IMG/VR virus record: IMGVR_UViG_3300025809_001850
Source of the DNA: a virus
Taxonomy: Duplodnaviria; Caudoviricetes
Length of the DNA stretch: 64,000 nucleotides
Strand: one strand, 5' to 3'
Both the position numbers and the translations under genes were made by a program. Each line of letters begins with the position of its first letter. Within the stretch, counting starts at the first letter, position 1. Under the pieces are notes generated by a model. It saw only the letters and a program-made list of their open reading frames with translations. It did no database searches and was not told where the DNA came from. Shown here one piece after another: positions 27,935-37,407 of this stretch.

Positions 27935-28567
27935 ATGAAAACTGCAAACGCAACAAATGTAACACAATACAAACAACTTCCGAAATCAGAACGAGAAGCT
28001 TTCGGATTTTGGTATCGTTTGCCAAAATTGTATGAATGGGGTGGTGAACGATTTGAAGATTATTGGAAGAAACATTATCCTATTCAATTCAGAATTCGTG
28101 AGGGTATTGAAAATTTGTTGATTTCAATTTCTGTATACAAAGACAAATTGATAGAAAATACTTGGACACGCATTTTTCCAAAAAATGCATGGGCAAGAAA
28201 AATAATTCCACATACATATTCAGATAAACCAGAACTAATTCAAGATTTTCTATTTGCGAGTATAATTGATTTTGTTGAAAATGAACCAACAGAATACACA
28301 GATTGGGAATCTAGTAAAGAACACAAACAAACTTGGAAAACTATAAACAAGTTATACAAATTTGCCAAGCAGACTTTACCTGCAAGACGAAATAGATTAA
28401 ACGAAATGTTGTCTGACTTGTATGATGAAAAAAGTTTAATGGAGTTTGTTGACAATTCTGATGATCCAAGATACGAAGAAATGTCTGCTCTTGAAAAACA
28501 AACAGATAAAGAAATTCAACAAAATCTTCTTGAAATTGTAAAAATCAGACAATATCTTTGGACATAG
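27935..28567 (+). CDS. hypothetical protein
   Basis: 210-aa Trp-rich ORF ending YLWT. Confidence 0.7.
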   Translation: MKTANATNVTQYKQLPKSEREAFGFWYRLPKLYEWGGERFEDYWKKHYPIQFRIREGIENLLISISVYKDKLIENTWTRIFPKNAWARKIIPHTYSDKPELIQDFLFASIIDFVENEPTEYTDWESSKEHKQTWKTINKLYKFAKQTLPARRNRLNEMLSDLYDEKSLMEFVDNSDDPRYEEMSALEKQTDKEIQQNLLEIVKIRQYLWT

Positions 28568-28579
28568 TAATCTTTTTTC

Positions 28580-28608
28580 TTGACTTTTTATAATAATTCT
28601 GATAGGAT
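28580..28608 (+). promoter_or_regulatory. early promoter (repeat family)
   Basis: TTGACT-17bp-TAGGAT..TATTGAGAGTGAG. Confidence 0.8.
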
Positions 28609-28654
28609 TACTGTATTGAGAGTGAGGGAAGAGTCCCTTTAAAAAAGAGAGATT

Positions 28655-29320
28655 ATGGCAAAGATATACAAAGACGGAAAGTTCTTCAAATATTACAAAG
28701 AAACATGGTTCAATCCAAAGGGAATGACCAAAGACGGATACTTCATTCATGTACCTGATGATGACATTTGTAGTGAGTACCACACAGTCAAGGAGCATGG
28801 ACGTTTAAAGGCATTTCATGCATCATCCGAGGTTACTACTCATCCTGTTGCTATAGAACCTTCTGGGTTGTTTAAAACCAAGAATTTTACAGGTCGTTGG
28901 TACTTTATTGATACCAAGGTTACTGATGAAGAAATTCAAAACAAAGTTGATTGGTTTGAAAACAACCAAAAACTAATTGCTGAAGCAGATGAACGCAAAG
29001 CAGACAACATTGCCAAGTGGAAAGCAAAAAGTGCATTTCAAGGTGAAATTGGTGATACTCTTGAATTGGAACTTGGTATTATGTTTCAGAATCAGTTTCC
29101 TACAAGTTGGGGAACAGGACATCTTACCACTTTAAAAGATGATGATGCGAATGTTTATGTTATTTGGAGAGAATTTTGGAACAACGAAAATGACGAACCT
29201 ATGCCAACGGGAACCAAGATCAAAGGAACATTCAAAGTTAAAGATCACAACGAACGCAATGAACAAAAGCAAACCGTTCTTCAAACTAAGATTGAAAATA
29301 CTGAATTTATTTTCAAATAA
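28655..29320 (+). CDS. phage hypothetical protein with C-terminal OB-fold-like domain
   Basis: GEIGDTLELEL..SWGTGHL..DDDANVYVIW..KVKDHNERNEQKQTVL. Confidence 0.6.
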   Translation: MAKIYKDGKFFKYYKETWFNPKGMTKDGYFIHVPDDDICSEYHTVKEHGRLKAFHASSEVTTHPVAIEPSGLFKTKNFTGRWYFIDTKVTDEEIQNKVDWFENNQKLIAEADERKADNIAKWKAKSAFQGEIGDTLELELGIMFQNQFPTSWGTGHLTTLKDDDANVYVIWREFWNNENDEPMPTGTKIKGTFKVKDHNERNEQKQTVLQTKIENTEFIFK

Positions 29321-29333
29321 ATGCACTTTGGGG

Positions 29334-29362
29334 TTGACTTTTTATAATAATTTTGGTAGTAT
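29334..29362 (+). promoter_or_regulatory. early promoter (repeat family)
   Basis: TTGACT-17bp-TAGTAT-ACTTGTATTGAGAGTGAG. Confidence 0.85.
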
Positions 29363-29423
29363 ACTTGTATTGAGAGTGAGTTAATAAAGAGTTAAAAAAA
29401 CAAAAAAAAAGAGAGAAAAAATT

Positions 29424-30044
29424 ATGCCATTATTTACACCAGTTTATTCAAAAGAACGTGACGGAGGTCATGCTGAAATTATTGAAACCAAGGAAACTTA
29501 TGTAGGACGAGTTTTAGAAACCTACGAAGAAAACGGATATAACGATTCTGATTTTTATGCGATTGTTTGGGATGACGAAACGAATTCTCTTATTCACAAG
29601 CAGTTTGCTACCACTCGTTTTTACTCTAATGGTTACGGAGCAAAAATTGATGCGACTCCTGAGATTATTGAAAAAGCAACTGCTGAACGCAAAACAAGGT
29701 TTTTGAAGTCTGCAATTGAAGCAGATGAAGAAACTGCAAAAACGGTTGCAAAAGGCAAGATGGTTGAAATCAATCGTGGTCGCAAGAATCGTGGAATTAT
29801 CGGTGAAGTATTTTGGGTTGGAAATCCTGATAAGTTTTCTTATTATGCAAAAGAGCATCGTTCAGTTGGAATCAAGTTGGATGATGAACGTGATGACAAC
29901 GGAAAGTTCAAGAACATTGTTTTTGCTTACGACTATAACTGCGACGTTATCAACTTTGAATCACATTTAACCAATACAAAGGAACTTGAAGAAACTGCAA
30001 CGAATAAAGCAAACACTTATTCTTATTCTTATCCTGTTTCCTAA
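29424..30044 (+). CDS. phage hypothetical protein
   Basis: 206 aa; NGYNDSDFYAIVWD and KOW-like GKMVEINRGRKNRGIIGEVFW. Confidence 0.7.
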   Translation: MPLFTPVYSKERDGGHAEIIETKETYVGRVLETYEENGYNDSDFYAIVWDDETNSLIHKQFATTRFYSNGYGAKIDATPEIIEKATAERKTRFLKSAIEADEETAKTVAKGKMVEINRGRKNRGIIGEVFWVGNPDKFSYYAKEHRSVGIKLDDERDDNGKFKNIVFAYDYNCDVINFESHLTNTKELEETATNKANTYSYSYPVS

Positions 30045-30057
30045 AACTTAAATTATC

Positions 30058-30336
30058 ATGAAAAATAATCCAAAAGATATTCCTTATGTGCTTGTTCAGC
30101 ACAAAAACACCGGTAAAGCATTTGCGTTAAGTCGTGGTTATCGTTTGATGAGTGCAGATGTTCCTACTGCCGTTAAGTCGTGGATGATCAACAATCAAAA
30201 TCAATCAGATACAGGATGGTTTCCTACCAACGAAAATCAAAGTCCAAGATGGGCAAAAGAATTTGTTGCGGAAGATTTTACTGCATATTGGATTGATTAT
30301 AGTAAGCATTATCAGAAACTTGTTGTTAACGGATAA
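30058..30336 (+). CDS. hypothetical protein
   Basis: 92-aa ORF. Confidence 0.55.
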   Translation: MKNNPKDIPYVLVQHKNTGKAFALSRGYRLMSADVPTAVKSWMINNQNQSDTGWFPTNENQSPRWAKEFVAEDFTAYWIDYSKHYQKLVVNG

Positions 30337-30473
30337 TTTTAATTAAACATAAATAATACAAAATAGAGAGATACAGATATGAATAAGAATACAATTAAAC
30401 AACTAAAGAAAAAACTTAAAGGCCTGAGTCCTGAAGAACGTATGCTTGCGTTGATGGTAGCACTTGCAAAAGG

Positions 30474-30818
30474 ATGAGTTCACGAACTCAGAGTTCAACA
30501 CTTCGTTACGAAACTCATAACGATTCTGAAATTGATGTTAATGGAACATCACATCAAGGAGAAATTTCCACGACCTTTGAAAATTTGTTGAAAATCTTTG
30601 GAACTCCTATGGGTGCATCTGATGATAACAAAGTTGATGTTGAGTGGAACATAATGTTCAATGACGGAGTGGTTGCAACAATTTACAATTGGAAGAATGG
30701 TCCTGCAAGCATGGGAGAAACAGGCACAAATCCAGTTGATATTGAAACTTGGCACATCGGTGGAAAAACTATAAGTGCAGTATTGGATACAAAGCAAATA
30801 CTTGAAGATAATGCTTGA
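30474..30818 (+). CDS. conserved phage hypothetical protein
   Basis: GTSHQGEISTTFENLLKIFG..KVDVEW..ATIYNWK..WHIGG pattern recalled from phage ORFs. Confidence 0.7.
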   Translation: MSSRTQSSTLRYETHNDSEIDVNGTSHQGEISTTFENLLKIFGTPMGASDDNKVDVEWNIMFNDGVVATIYNWKNGPASMGETGTNPVDIETWHIGGKTISAVLDTKQILEDNA

Positions 30819-30843
30819 CTTTTTATAATAAATTTGGTAAGAT
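30815..30843 (+). promoter_or_regulatory. early promoter (repeat family)
   Basis: TTGACT-17bp-TAAGAT-ACTTGTATTGAGAGTGAG. Confidence 0.85.
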
Positions 30844-30892
30844 ACTTGTATTGAGAGTGAGTTTTAACTATATAAAAAAAAAGATAAAAAAG

Positions 30893-33865
30893 ATGAAAAG
30901 AGAGATGAAAAAAATAATGTTGTTTTTGTTGTTGTTCAACTATGTATCAGGTCACGGACCACATGGTCATAGTGGACAACACGCAGAGTCTGAACAGTCA
31001 ACTAATCCAAATCACCTTGTCAACTACATTGGTGATTTTACTGATACTGATACTGATGGCATGACTGATGTTGCCGAAATCAAGTACGGATTTGATCCAT
31101 CGGATGCAAATAGTGTTCCTAATAAATCAACCGGATATTTTCTTGATGATCTTGGATTGTCTAAATCAGATATTGTAGATGATTCTCAAATAAGTTCCAA
31201 GAGTGATCGTGTTTATTTTTACTTTTCTAACTTTACTCCTGAGATTGAAGAAAAAACACGAAACTTTATGATCAAGTTGTTTCCAATTTTGTATGATCGT
31301 TTAGGTAATCCATCACGAAATATTGTGTGTAAGTTGCACAATCGTGGTGGTAATCGTGGGTCGTGGATGGCAAGTTCAAGTGGCACACGAATTTACACAG
31401 ATGATACATGGAATCCTCGTTTGCTTGTTCATGAAATTACTCACGTATGGGCAGGTAGATACAAATTCGCATCCAATTCAGATTGGAATTATGATGCTAT
31501 GCTAAGTGGGTTTGAAGAAATTGCCGAAGGAATCGCATATGAAATAATCAACGATTACATTATGGCATATCCAAATGATATAAACTCTATTAATTTTGTT
31601 AAAGGTGGAGCATGGGATGAATGGTCAGGTAGATTCAGTAACTACGATTTAGTTAAACATCAAAGATGGACCGGTGGTGGTGACTTTTGGATTTGTCCTA
31701 TAACTACCAATGACAGATACAGTATTTCTGCGGTATTATTTCAAGTGCTTGTGTCGCATGACAAAGACTTCTATAAGAATGTAATGACCAAGTTTTATGA
31801 AACTATTAATACTGATCCTACGTTTCGTCCGAATCGTGAAAATCTTATTGATTTATGGGCAAGTGTATTACCTGAAGTAAATGGAATACCAACCAAGCAT
31901 TATTTAAAGGCAATGCCAATTCTTAATGGTCACAAACTTGATAACGAGTTTTACGCAGTTGCATTACCCAACGGAAGACTTTCAAGTGGTGGTTCTCAAA
32001 AAATATTCTGTGCGTTTTCTGATATCAAACGAGGAGAATTTTGGTGGTCATCAAGTATTTATGATTCTAATCTAAATGAGTTTGGAATTCCGTCTTGGTT
32101 TGGAAAATTCAAAGCAGATGACAATTACTATTACACAGACAATCGCAAGCAACCTTATATTGTTAATGTTCACAATGGCAATGGAGAATTTGTAACAAAA
32201 TTAGATGGTGAACTTTCTAATCCTACTCGTTCTGATGGAGGTCCTTCAACGATTGCTACAACAAGTCCAAGTGGTTTGTTTGGTAAAAATTATGATTTGG
32301 GACTTTATAGAATGACATTGGAATTTCCTTCATACAAAGATTACACAAAGCATTACAAAGAGGATTCATATTTCTTCGGTTACAAAGATTTCGTACAAGA
32401 CAAATCAACCGAAAGAACGATCATCATTGGAATTGATTGTGATTCCAAAACTGACTCTGTGGAAATGTTGTTAAACGAAAAAAGTTATTCGGGAGTGCTT
32501 CAAAATGGTGCGGTTATATTTAAGATTTCATCATTCAATGATACGGGAGTAGCAGATATTCTTATTCATTCAGTTTCTCGTAACAGAACCAACACTTACA
32601 AACGAGCAATCATAATCGGTGGTACTGCGGATAATTACAGACACCAACCTGTTCTTATTATTGATAAAGATTTTGACGGAGTTGAAGACTTATATGAAAC
32701 TTATCGTGAAGTTGTGGCATTTGATTCAACTGATTCAACTGACTCAAATGATACTAATGTGGTTGTGACAATCAATACGGAGTCTAATGCAACATCTACC
32801 GATGACGAAAATGCAACCTTGGTTGTTGATGTGGTTGACGATTCTAATACAACTTCTACCGATGACGAAAATGCAACCTTGATTGTGGTAGTTGATACAG
32901 ACGATCAAGTTGAAGTTATACAGACTTACACTGTAGATGTTAATGCTTCATGGGAAGATGGAAGTGTTAAGATTTCTTGGAACGAACATCCGACGTCTAC
33001 TTTGTATCTTGAATTGCTTCACGGTCAAACTAGAATCATATATGGTGGTCACTTTACAGACAGAGCAAGTTTCGTTCTTGCTGATCACAATCTATCAGGA
33101 AACGAAACACTCGAAGGTCGTTTCTTGGAATACTCATCCAAACAGAAATTTATTGCTAGTATCGGTGACTTTGTATTAGACTTGCAAAATGTTGTTCCAG
33201 TTGAAACCGTTGATGTTGCAGTAGAAACCAACGGAACTACGATAATTGTAGAGAATGTAGTTTCTATTGAGATTGACGATTCAAATACCACCATTATTAA
33301 TACTACTGATAATGTCGTGTTGATTGCAAATACCGAGACAATCACAGACGTTACTGATGACAACTCTTCAATTTCGTCTGACGATAATGTGGTTGTGGTT
33401 ACTGATGACAATGTTACATTGATTACCACCAACAACGAAACATATGAAGCAAACGCAACCAACTCTGTAATTACGGTTACTGAAGAAGAAATTACGATTG
33501 AAGATGATTCATCTAAAAATGTTGAATTTGGTGGTGATGTCCCGTTTGCTCCTCCTGTTGTTAAAAGTGCTTGGGACAAAGCAATATCAGTTGGTAACAA
33601 TTGGTATCATTTAGAATGGTTCGGATACTTCTTTAAAATAGAAGGTAATAACTGGATTTACCATGAAACTTTAGGTTGGATGTACACCGAGTGGACCACC
33701 ACATTTGAAAGTATTTGGTTGTACCACGACACACTTGGTTGGGTTTGGACTAAACATGATTTGTTTCCTTATCTTTACAATCCAACCAATGCATCTTGGG
33801 TATACCTTGTAAAAGGTGGTCATTATGATTTCGCAAAAAATGCATGGATTGCACAAACAAACTAA
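30893..33865 (+). CDS. secreted zincin-like metalloprotease with acidic linker and Trp/Gly-rich C-terminal domain (Verrucomicrobia/Opitutales type)
   Basis: Signal MKKIMLFLLLFNYVSG; DTDTDGMTDVAE Ca-binding-like motif; LLVHEITH; C-terminal WFGYF..WIYHETLGWMY..LGWVWT..FPYLY; start 30893 or 30905. Confidence 0.75.
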   Translation: MKREMKKIMLFLLLFNYVSGHGPHGHSGQHAESEQSTNPNHLVNYIGDFTDTDTDGMTDVAEIKYGFDPSDANSVPNKSTGYFLDDLGLSKSDIVDDSQISSKSDRVYFYFSNFTPEIEEKTRNFMIKLFPILYDRLGNPSRNIVCKLHNRGGNRGSWMASSSGTRIYTDDTWNPRLLVHEITHVWAGRYKFASNSDWNYDAMLSGFEEIAEGIAYEIINDYIMAYPNDINSINFVKGGAWDEWSGRFSNYDLVKHQRWTGGGDFWICPITTNDRYSISAVLFQVLVSHDKDFYKNVMTKFYETINTDPTFRPNRENLIDLWASVLPEVNGIPTKHYLKAMPILNGHKLDNEFYAVALPNGRLSSGGSQKIFCAFSDIKRGEFWWSSSIYDSNLNEFGIPSWFGKFKADDNYYYTDNRKQPYIVNVHNGNGEFVTKLDGELSNPTRSDGGPSTIATTSPSGLFGKNYDLGLYRMTLEFPSYKDYTKHYKEDSYFFGYKDFVQDKSTERTIIIGIDCDSKTDSVEMLLNEKSYSGVLQNGAVIFKISSFNDTGVADILIHSVSRNRTNTYKRAIIIGGTADNYRHQPVLIIDKDFDGVEDLYETYREVVAFDSTDSTDSNDTNVVVTINTESNATSTDDENATLVVDVVDDSNTTSTDDENATLIVVVDTDDQVEVIQTYTVDVNASWEDGSVKISWNEHPTSTLYLELLHGQTRIIYGGHFTDRASFVLADHNLSGNETLEGRFLEYSSKQKFIASIGDFVLDLQNVVPVETVDVAVETNGTTIIVENVVSIEIDDSNTTIINTTDNVVLIANTETITDVTDDNSSISSDDNVVVVTDDNVTLITTNNETYEANATNSVITVTEEEITIEDDSSKNVEFGGDVPFAPPVVKSAWDKAISVGNNWYHLEWFGYFFKIEGNNWIYHETLGWMYTEWTTTFESIWLYHDTLGWVWTKHDLFPYLYNPTNASWVYLVKGGHYDFAKNAWIAQTN

Positions 33866-33889
33866 TTATTAATTACAGAGAGAACTAAA

Positions 33890-34465
33890 ATGACAAAGAA
33901 AAAACGTGAATTAGAAATCGGTGACAATGTTAAAGAAATTGTAACCACTCGTGGCAGAAAAAAAAGAATCGGAGAAATTGTTTCTATTCTTAGTGATAAT
34001 GTGGGTGATCCTACAATTGAATGCATTGAAGTTGATCCAAAAGAATTGACTCCCATTGAAGGCACATCTGGTCAACACAAAACATTTAAAGCAAAACGAA
34101 GCAAACTTAAACATTACATTCCCCGTAAAAGTCTTTTTAAGAAAGAAACATTTGAAATAGGAAAATGTGTTGCTTGTAAAAGTGGTTCCCGAATGAGATA
34201 CGGAAGAATCATGGGATATCTGAATCAAGAAGAAGGATTATATCCTCATTCATACGATGCAGGTGAGTATAATGGACATGATTTGCTGGAATGTGTTCAG
34301 ATTGATCCTAAACCAGGATTGCATAGAATCATTGAAGCAGATGGAACTCCAAAAAAGTTCGTAGGATATCCTGACAAGTGTAAACTTGTAAAGGTAATTG
34401 ATGTTGATAATCAAGGAAATCCAACTACTAAACTTAGATTAGATATTCCAACACAAGAAGATTGA
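33890..34465 (+). CDS. hypothetical protein with two SH3-like repeats
   Basis: LEIGDNV..GEIV..IECIEVDPK and FEIGKCV..GRIM..LECVQIDPK. Confidence 0.6.
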   Translation: MTKKKRELEIGDNVKEIVTTRGRKKRIGEIVSILSDNVGDPTIECIEVDPKELTPIEGTSGQHKTFKAKRSKLKHYIPRKSLFKKETFEIGKCVACKSGSRMRYGRIMGYLNQEEGLYPHSYDAGEYNGHDLLECVQIDPKPGLHRIIEADGTPKKFVGYPDKCKLVKVIDVDNQGNPTTKLRLDIPTQED

Positions 34466-34522
34466 GTTTTTATAGCAATTATTTGTTTGAATTATTAACC
34501 AAACAAATATATATTTATTGTT

Positions 34523-35893
34523 ATGGAAAATTTAAAATCTATTGTTGAACGAATTGATAAGTCTGAAAAAATGAAAATCATCAAGGTGATGAGAAAAAAG
34601 TCTTTTCTTAATTATCGTGATGATCTTGAAAAACTTGGTATGAAAGTCGACTTTGCAACGAGTCCGTTTGCTTACTATAAAATCACATCACGTAAGTGGG
34701 GAAGTGATAGCATTTACATCACAAGCAAACAGAATGTAGGTGATGATGCGGAATACATCAGCAACGATAACATCGCAATGGGTGAATTAACTGAAATTGT
34801 ACAAGAAACAATGTTTAGTAAAATGAAAGCAAAAGAAGAACTTAAAGAAATCGTAAGAGAAGTTGTTTCAGAAATTATGACGGAAAATCACAAATTCAAA
34901 GTCGGTGACGAAGTAAAATTTAATGGTAATTATGATGGTGTGGTTGTCAAGGTTCATACTGATGGTAAACTCAAAGGAATGATTGATGTACAAAAGAAAG
35001 GTCGTTCATCAACCGTGACACTATCTGCTAGTAACAAAAAAGAAGTTAGACCAATCAAAGAAGATTTATTTCACTGCATTCAAGATTTAATGAAGTCTGG
35101 AGATGCCCGTAATGTTGCTGATAAAAAATGCAAACGTTGGGGAGTAAGTGAATCAGACGAAGAACTTACCGAAGATGATGGTACTAACATCAATGTCCAT
35201 GCGTTGAATTCAAGTGAAATTCAACTTGCAGTTGGTGCAATCAATTTCTTTGGCACAGGATCACATCCAATGGCAGATGCCAAGGGACTCAAGTATTTCA
35301 AGGTTGAGTATCTTGCCGACATCATTGCAAAAAATAAAAGCAAGTTATCAGGAGACGCAAAAAAGCATTTGGCAAATTTGTTAAAGAAACTTCAAAAATC
35401 AATCAAAGAAGATTCGGTAACTGAAAACAAAGACATTAACTTTGTTTTAGACCAACTTGCAAATGCAGTTGATTTGTATCCAAGAGATGAATTTGCTCAA
35501 CATATGGCAAAAAATACCAAGTACAATGAAAAAGATTTTGAAAAGTTGTATGATGCGTATTTCAAAATGAAAGCAATGGATCGTTTTCATATGGCAATTG
35601 ATATTGGAAAATCCAAAAAGTTTCTTTCTAAGTTTGGAATCAAAGAAGAAGTTGAATCTATAAACGAAAATATGAGTGACTTGGAATTTGTGGTTGACCA
35701 ACTTGCAAACTCAATGGAACATTATGACGAAAAAGAGTTTGTTAAACATATGTCAAAAGAAACCAAATACAATGCCAATTCATTAAAGAAGGTATTCAAC
35801 GCATATTGGGATTTGGGTGCAAGAGAACGAGATGATACATTTACAAGAGTTAATACTGCAAAACCTTGGTTGAAGAAATTTGGAATCAAGTAA
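34523..35893 (+). CDS. modular (polyprotein-like) putative internal virion protein
   Basis: Domains separated by I/L/V-x-E sites; internal KAKEELKEIVREVVSEIMTE; two tandem about 75-aa DQLAN..KFGIK repeats; ATATTTAT upstream. Confidence 0.6.
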   Translation: MENLKSIVERIDKSEKMKIIKVMRKKSFLNYRDDLEKLGMKVDFATSPFAYYKITSRKWGSDSIYITSKQNVGDDAEYISNDNIAMGELTEIVQETMFSKMKAKEELKEIVREVVSEIMTENHKFKVGDEVKFNGNYDGVVVKVHTDGKLKGMIDVQKKGRSSTVTLSASNKKEVRPIKEDLFHCIQDLMKSGDARNVADKKCKRWGVSESDEELTEDDGTNINVHALNSSEIQLAVGAINFFGTGSHPMADAKGLKYFKVEYLADIIAKNKSKLSGDAKKHLANLLKKLQKSIKEDSVTENKDINFVLDQLANAVDLYPRDEFAQHMAKNTKYNEKDFEKLYDAYFKMKAMDRFHMAIDIGKSKKFLSKFGIKEEVESINENMSDLEFVVDQLANSMEHYDEKEFVKHMSKETKYNANSLKKVFNAYWDLGARERDDTFTRVNTAKPWLKKFGIK

Positions 35894-35894
35894 A

Positions 35895-36257
35895 ATGAAA
35901 ATTACCAAATCAAAATTAAAAGAAATGATTCAAGAAGAACTTGAATCACTCAAAGAAGGAATGAACAAACGAGAAGGAGCAGAAGTTATTGCTCAACTCG
36001 GTGGTGGTCGTTTCATCGCAATGACAGGAGCAAAAGACTTTTTCATTGGACCAAAAGGTGTTGTATTTAAAATTGGAAGAAATTCAAAAAATGTAAATTA
36101 TGTTCGTATCAATTTGAATAGTATGGACACTTATGACATTGAGTTTCTTCAAGTCAGAAAATTTAAAGAGAAAGTAAAAAGTCAAGCAAAGGGAGTTTAT
36201 GCAGATACACTTCGTGGTGCATTTGAACAACACACAGGATTAAGAACATCATTATGA
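35895..36257 (+). CDS. EEL-leader protein with conserved phage domain (QLGGxRFxAMTGA..FEQHTGL)
   Basis: Leader MKITKSKLKEMIQEELESLKE; start moved to 35895. Confidence 0.75.
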   Translation: MKITKSKLKEMIQEELESLKEGMNKREGAEVIAQLGGGRFIAMTGAKDFFIGPKGVVFKIGRNSKNVNYVRINLNSMDTYDIEFLQVRKFKEKVKSQAKGVYADTLRGAFEQHTGLRTSL

Positions 36258-36547
36258 AAATATCAAAAGAACATCTTAAACAAATCATTCGCGAAGAACT
36301 CAATGAAATGCGTCCTCATACTTCCAAAGATTTACCAACACAAACTATTATTGACACCATCAAAAAAAATCTTGATTGGGAAGATGAGTATCTTGGTTCA
36401 AAAGGAATGAAACAACTTGAAAAAGATTTAAAAAAGAAAAAAAGAATGTCCGCTAATGATTTAAGCAAACTTCTTCCTGGATATATTCCAAGTGATGAAA
36501 TTTTCGGAATATTCAAAAACCATCTTGCGATAGGACCAACAGAATGA
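36254..36547 (+). CDS. EEL-leader hypothetical protein
   Basis: MKISKEHLKQIIREELNE; ATGA coupling. Confidence 0.7.
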   Translation: MKISKEHLKQIIREELNEMRPHTSKDLPTQTIIDTIKKNLDWEDEYLGSKGMKQLEKDLKKKKRMSANDLSKLLPGYIPSDEIFGIFKNHLAIGPTE

Positions 36548-36891
36548 AAATAACAAAAGAAAAACTCAAACAAATAGTTCGTGAAGAACTTCAAGATTTA
36601 AAAGAAACCTCAGAACAAGAAGTAGGTGAAAACAACGCATTGGATAATGCTATTGCTAATCGTGATGATAATCGTGCAAATCGTGATTCACAAGAAAGAT
36701 ATGAAGATTTGTATTTGGGATTACAAAAACTTATCAGTAAAGTATCCAAGAACAATAAGGTAAAAGGATACGGAGGTGAATTAACTCACGCATTTGTTGA
36801 TTTGCTTTATGCAGTAGAAACTGATCGTCTTGGAGTTGGTGAAATTTTTAATGGACTTAAAAAGATTAATAGTAAGATTTCCAAAAAGTGA
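36544..36891 (+). CDS. EEL-leader hypothetical protein
   Basis: MKITKEKLKQIVREELQDLKE. Confidence 0.7.
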   Translation: MKITKEKLKQIVREELQDLKETSEQEVGENNALDNAIANRDDNRANRDSQERYEDLYLGLQKLISKVSKNNKVKGYGGELTHAFVDLLYAVETDRLGVGEIFNGLKKINSKISKK

Positions 36892-37364
36892 AAATAACTA
36901 AGCAAAAACTCAAAGATATTATTCGTGAAGAACTTGAAACATTGACCGAAGAACACCACGGTGATGTTTCGTTTTCTCGTAGAAAACTTAAATTAGCATC
37001 TGAAGATGCCGAGTGCGTATTACAATGTTTGGCAGATAAAGCAGAAGACGAAGAACTTCCTAATTGGTGGATTGATAAAGTAAGTAAAGCAGCCGATTAT
37101 CTTAATGTATGTCGTGATTATATCAAAACCGATGATTTAAACGGAATACACGAAGATACAGAAAAAGAATATCCGATTTGGGGAATTCCACCGGGAAAAA
37201 ACTCCGAAGAACTTTTATACACAAAAGCAACAAGTAAACGACAAGCATCAAAAATTGCAAAGATTTTAACCGACAAACATAAATGTAAAAAGGTTAGAAT
37301 ACAAACATTAGACTTAGCACAAAATCCATCTGATATTTGGGATTCAGAAAAACTATTCAAATAA
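36888..37364 (+). CDS. EEL-leader hypothetical protein, two modules
   Basis: MKITKQKLKDIIREELETLTE; LPNWWIDKVSKAADYL motif; internal IHE|D. Confidence 0.7.
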   Translation: MKITKQKLKDIIREELETLTEEHHGDVSFSRRKLKLASEDAECVLQCLADKAEDEELPNWWIDKVSKAADYLNVCRDYIKTDDLNGIHEDTEKEYPIWGIPPGKNSEELLYTKATSKRQASKIAKILTDKHKCKKVRIQTLDLAQNPSDIWDSEKLFK

Positions 37365-37369
37365 ATGTG

Positions 37370-37398
37370 TTGACTTTTTATAATAACTTTGGTAAAGT
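37370..37398 (+). promoter_or_regulatory. early promoter (repeat family)
   Basis: TTGACT-17bp-TAAAGT. Confidence 0.75.
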
Positions 37399-37407
37399 AT
37401 ATAAAGA

